Origin: an uncultured Chloroflexia bacterium
Lineage (GTDB): Bacteria; Chloroflexota; Limnocylindria; Limnocylindrales; CSP1-4
NCBI GenBank assembly: GCA_963819655.1
Contig: CAWFXA010000003.1
Location: 640,001 to 704,000 of the forward strand
DNA: 64,000 nucleotides
Direction: 5' to 3'
Numbering within the stretch: the first letter of the stretch is position 1; each line of letters begins with the position of its first letter. Positions 60,499-64,000 of the stretch are shown piece after piece. The position numbers were made by a program, and so were the translations under genes. The notes beneath the pieces were generated by a model that was not told the DNA's origin, made no database searches, and was given only the letters and a program-made list of their open reading frames with translations.

Positions 60499-62355
60499 CT
60501 ACTTGACCGTGATCAGCGTGTGCGTCTCCGCGAGCTCCCCACTGACCGCGCCCGTCGAGATGAGAGCGTCGAACGGCGTGAGGAACGGCTTGATGGACTG
60601 CTCGTACTCGGCGCGCTCCTGGGCCGTCGCACCGGACATCGCGCCCTCGGCGAGACCGCGGATCGCCGCGATATCGACGAAGGTGACTCCCGTGTTCTCC
60701 CCATCGACCCGCCCGAGCAAGTCCGTGTATCGGGCATCGTCGGCGAGCGAGGCGCCCGCTCCCGCGTCGAGGACGTGCTTGATGAAGTCGGCCGAGCTGC
60801 CGATCGCGATGACCTCGTCCGTCGCGACGTATGCGATCTGGGCACGCCCCTCCGGCAGGCTGGACGGATCGGTGGGCAGCGGTCCAACGCCACCCGCCAT
60901 GGCGGCCAGGTCGCGCAGGTCGCCAAGGTCGATGACCGTGATCGTCTCGCCCTGGTATTGCTCATCACGGATCGTGACGCCGGCCTGGGCGCCGCCGAGC
61001 TGCAGGAGGCTGCGGATGGTGGTCAGCAGCTGACGCCCACCGGACGCGTCGGCCGGGACGCTGACGAGGCCGCCCTCGACGGACTCGCCCGACGTGGCGA
61101 TCACGACACCGGTGTCCCCCATCCAACTGAGGAGTGCCTCGAGGCCACCGAGCATGCCGGCTGCCTGGTCGATCTGCGCGAAGGCGTCGGCGAGGGTCGG
61201 CTCAGTGCGATACAGCTCGATCCAGTCAAGGAGCGAGCGTCCGTAATCGTTTCCGGCGAGCAGGGCGACGGTCGATGGCGGCGCGAACGCGGCCACCCCG
61301 TTCGCCCGGTTCTCGTCGGGCCCCGGCATGCCCGCCTTGTGTTGCGTGACCGCGTCGATCCGCAGAGCGTCTGCCTCGACACGGATGCGCATCGCGGCCC
61401 AGTCCGGGATCAAGTTGGTGATCGCGCTGCTCAGCGGCGACGCCGACGACAGCGAACCCGTGATACGGGTCGACGCCTCGAACAGCGCATTGGTGTCAAG
61501 GAACATGAACCCGAGATCGTCGCCGGTCAGCGCGGCCTGAGCGGCTGCGACGCCAGGGGCCTTGGACAGCGCGCTGGAGCCCTTGGTATCGATAGCGGCC
61601 TTCACCGACGCGACGTCCCCGACGATGGCGACCTTGCCGCCGGCCAGCGCGAACGCGGCCTGCTCGGTCGGTGCGTCAGGGCTGGCGAACACGGTCAGCT
61701 CCGTGCCCTGATAGCTCTCGGACGTGCCGGTCACGCCGGCTTGGTTGAGTGTGTTCGTGAACCACGTTCGGGCGAGCGCCTCGTCCTTGACGGACACGAG
61801 CAGCACGCCGCGGGCAGTGGACGACATGGGCGCGTTGGGATCGACGTCCGGGATCGGACCGATCGCGAAGCCGAGCTGCCCGCCGAACCACGGCTTCACG
61901 TCGCGGGCAAAGGTCTGCTTGCCCTGGCTGCCCTCGGAGATCAATCGGTCGAGGACTTCGTCGATCTTCGTCTCGAGCGCCGCCTGATCGGCAAAGCCCG
62001 GGAACTTCGACAAGAACTGGCCGACCTTCTGGCGCTGATCGCCGGGCAGGTCGAGCCGCATCTCACCGTAGGCGACGCTGTCGGTCGGCACGTAGCCGAG
62101 GACGACGGACGACGGCGACGAGCTCGTCAGGACGATCGCCGCGAGGGCGGTCACCAGGATCACGAGGGCGATCGCACCGCCGGCCGCGATCCAGCGCGCC
62201 CGGCTCTGGGGTGGCCGGTCGCCAGCCCCGGCGGGCACCGTCGGCGTCGTCGCGACCGGCACCGCTGTCGTGTCGCTGTCGACGGCGCTCGGTGGCGGCA
62301 TCGGCGACGTCGGCGGCGTCCCCGTCGGAGTCGTCGGTCGTTCGGAATCGGTCAT
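60499..62355 (-). CDS. Membrane-anchored extracytoplasmic protein, DUF3352-like
   Basis: Pro/Thr-rich N-terminus, one TM helix, [16 protein letters not shown]. Confidence 0.65.
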   Translation of the reverse strand: MTDSERPTTPTGTPPTSPMPPPSAVDSDTTAVPVATTPTVPAGAGDRPPQSRARWIAAGGAIALVILVTALAAIVLTSSSPSSVVLGYVPTDSVAYGEMRLDLPGDQRQKVGQFLSKFPGFADQAALETKIDEVLDRLISEGSQGKQTFARDVKPWFGGQLGFAIGPIPDVDPNAPMSSTARGVLLVSVKDEALARTWFTNTLNQAGVTGTSESYQGTELTVFASPDAPTEQAAFALAGGKVAIVGDVASVKAAIDTKGSSALSKAPGVAAAQAALTGDDLGFMFLDTNALFEASTRITGSLSSASPLSSAITNLIPDWAAMRIRVEADALRIDAVTQHKAGMPGPDENRANGVAAFAPPSTVALLAGNDYGRSLLDWIELYRTEPTLADAFAQIDQAAGMLGGLEALLSWMGDTGVVIATSGESVEGGLVSVPADASGGRQLLTTIRSLLQLGGAQAGVTIRDEQYQGETITVIDLGDLRDLAAMAGGVGPLPTDPSSLPEGRAQIAYVATDEVIAIGSSADFIKHVLDAGAGASLADDARYTDLLGRVDGENTGVTFVDIAAIRGLAEGAMSGATAQERAEYEQSIKPFLTPFDALISTGAVSGELAETHTLITVK

Positions 62356-62375
62356 CGCGTGGTCTCCCCCGGCGC

Positions 62376-63710
62376 CTAGCGCCGATTCCCCATGAGGCTG
62401 CCGAGCGCGCCGCGCCGACCGCCTCCGGAAAGCTGCTTCATGAGTTTCTGCATCTCGCCGAATTGCTTCACCAACCGGTTGACTTCCGGCAGGCTCGTGC
62501 CCGCGCCCGCCGCGATGCGGCGTCGACGCGAGCCGGTCAGGATCGCCGGATCGCGACGCTCGGCCGGGGTCATCGCCCGGATGATCGCCTCGGTCCTTTT
62601 CAAGTCACCGCGGTCCACCGCGGCCTGCGCTTCCCCGGCCATGTTGCCCATGCCCGGGATCATCGACATGATCTGGCCGATCGGCCCCATCTTCTGGACC
62701 TGCTGGAGCTGATCGAGCATGTCCTCGAGGGTGAAGCTCGCCTTGCGGAGCTTCTCGTCCATCTGTTGCGCCTGGTTGACATCGAATGTCTCCTGCGCCC
62801 GTTCGACGAGCGTCAGGATGTCGCCCATCCCGAGGATGCGGCCGGCAAGCCGGTCCGGGTGGAAGGGCTCGAGAGCGTCGGTCTTCTCGCCGGTGCCCAG
62901 GAACTTGACCGGGAGCCCTGTGACGGCGCTGATGCTGAGGGCGGCCCCACCGCGGGCGTCGCCATCGATCTTGGTGAGGATGAGCCCGGTCACCGGCACG
63001 GCCGCGACGAAAGCCTGGGCGACGGCGACTGCCTCCTGGCCGGTCATGGCGTCGACGACAAGGAGCGTCTCGACCGGCTTGACCGCCGCATCCACGGCGG
63101 CGATCTCCTGCATGAGTGCCTCGTCGACGCTGAGCCGGCCGGCGGTGTCGAGGATGACCACGTCGCGGGTCCCCCGCTTGGCTGCCTCGACGCCCTGACG
63201 GGCGATGTCCGGGACGGACGTGCCCTCGGCCGCGCGATAGACGGGGACGTCGAGTTGCTTGCCGAGCGTCTCGAGCTGGTCGGCGGCGGCGGGCCGGTAT
63301 GGGTCGGCCGCGACGAGGAGGGGTCGCCGCCCCTGTTTGATGACGTAGCGCGCCAGCTTCGCCGTGGTCGTCGTCTTGCCGGAACCCTGCAGGCCGACCA
63401 TCGTGACGACGGCGGGGTTGCCCGAGAGATGGAAGACGCGGTCGCCGGTGCCGAGCAGGTCGACCAGCTCGTCGTGGACGATCTTCACGACGGCCTGCCC
63501 CGCGGTCAGGCTCTGGAGGATGTCCTGGCCGAGGGCCTTCTCGCGGACGCGGCCCACGAAGTCCCTGACGACCTTGAAGTTGACGTCGGCTTCGAGCAGC
63601 GCGAGACGGACCTCGCGCATCGCGGCATCGACGTCGGCCTCGCTGATCCGGCCTCGGCCGGTCAGCGTGCCGAGCGTGGCTCGGAGGCGCTCGCTGAGAG
63701 TGTCGAACAC
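62376..63710 (-). CDS. ffh: Signal recognition particle protein
   Basis: ALLEADV, GLQGSGKTT, DTAGR, TKIDGDARGGAALS, M domain. Confidence 0.98.
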   Translation of the reverse strand: MFDTLSERLRATLGTLTGRGRISEADVDAAMREVRLALLEADVNFKVVRDFVGRVREKALGQDILQSLTAGQAVVKIVHDELVDLLGTGDRVFHLSGNPAVVTMVGLQGSGKTTTTAKLARYVIKQGRRPLLVAADPYRPAAADQLETLGKQLDVPVYRAAEGTSVPDIARQGVEAAKRGTRDVVILDTAGRLSVDEALMQEIAAVDAAVKPVETLLVVDAMTGQEAVAVAQAFVAAVPVTGLILTKIDGDARGGAALSISAVTGLPVKFLGTGEKTDALEPFHPDRLAGRILGMGDILTLVERAQETFDVNQAQQMDEKLRKASFTLEDMLDQLQQVQKMGPIGQIMSMIPGMGNMAGEAQAAVDRGDLKRTEAIIRAMTPAERRDPAILTGSRRRRIAAGAGTSLPEVNRLVKQFGEMQKLMKQLSGGGRRGALGSLMGNRR

Positions 63711-63922
63711 GGCCCGATCAGGACTCCGTCATCGTGGTGGACCGACCGTGGTCGCGGGTCGCGCGGCGTCGGGCCGGGTGATGCGCGGGTTCTGGCGCAT
63801 CGAGGCGGGGGCAGTGTAGCGCAGGGTTACCGGAGGCGCGCCCGTGACGATGGTCCGGTGCGGGCGCGCCATCGCCGGTGCCTCGCCTCGGGGGGACGTC
63901 CCGCCGCTATGCTGCGCGCTCC

Positions 63923-64000
63923 GTGCGCAATCCCTTCACATCTCCACTCTGGCAGAACCACGCCTTCGTTCGGGTCTGGGCGGCGGCGAGCATCTCGATC
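63923..64000 (+). CDS. N-terminus of a probable MFS transporter (runs off the right edge)
   Basis: MRNPFTSPLWQNHAFVRVWAAASISI; TATGCT at 63908-63913. Confidence 0.6.
   Translation, partial: MRNPFTSPLWQNHAFVRVWAAASISI

Noticed and set aside
63711-63920. SRP RNA upstream of ffh
   Set aside because: No recognisable SRP domain IV motif; the region fits divergent promoters

Overview
High-GC bacterial chromosomal window with no rRNA, tRNA, CRISPR array, transposase or prophage genes seen. Gene content and order suggest Chloroflexota, possibly Limnocylindria/Ellin6529-like (inference). The left ~24 kb is accessory: peptidases, an ECF sigma/kelch pair, P450, amidase, an AAC(2')-like acetyltransferase, AlkD and AlkZ glycosylases, FDOR-type proteins, a membrane class III cyclase, a rhodanese, ModE/ModB and a frameshifted pirin. 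The right ~40 kb is the conserved minus-strand cluster ffh-rpsP-khpA-rimM-trmD-rplS-rnhB-yraN-rpsB-tsf-pyrH-frr-uppS-cdsA-dxr-rseP-ispG-nusA-ylxR-infB-rbfA-nrnA-truB-ribF-rpsO-pnp-asd-udg-rnj-ftsK-rodZ-cinA-murC-yajQ. Top finding: the 862-aa PNPase carries a complete DnaQ-like DEDDh 3'-5' exonuclease domain inserted in-frame between its two RNase PH domains. Second: an unannotated, apparently leaderless Cys/His-rich leader peptide with terminator/antiterminator architecture upstream of the sulfurtransferase, a candidate cysteine-sensing attenuator. Start codons that differ from the ORF track are my own re-assignments, and all family calls come from motif recognition, not database searches.
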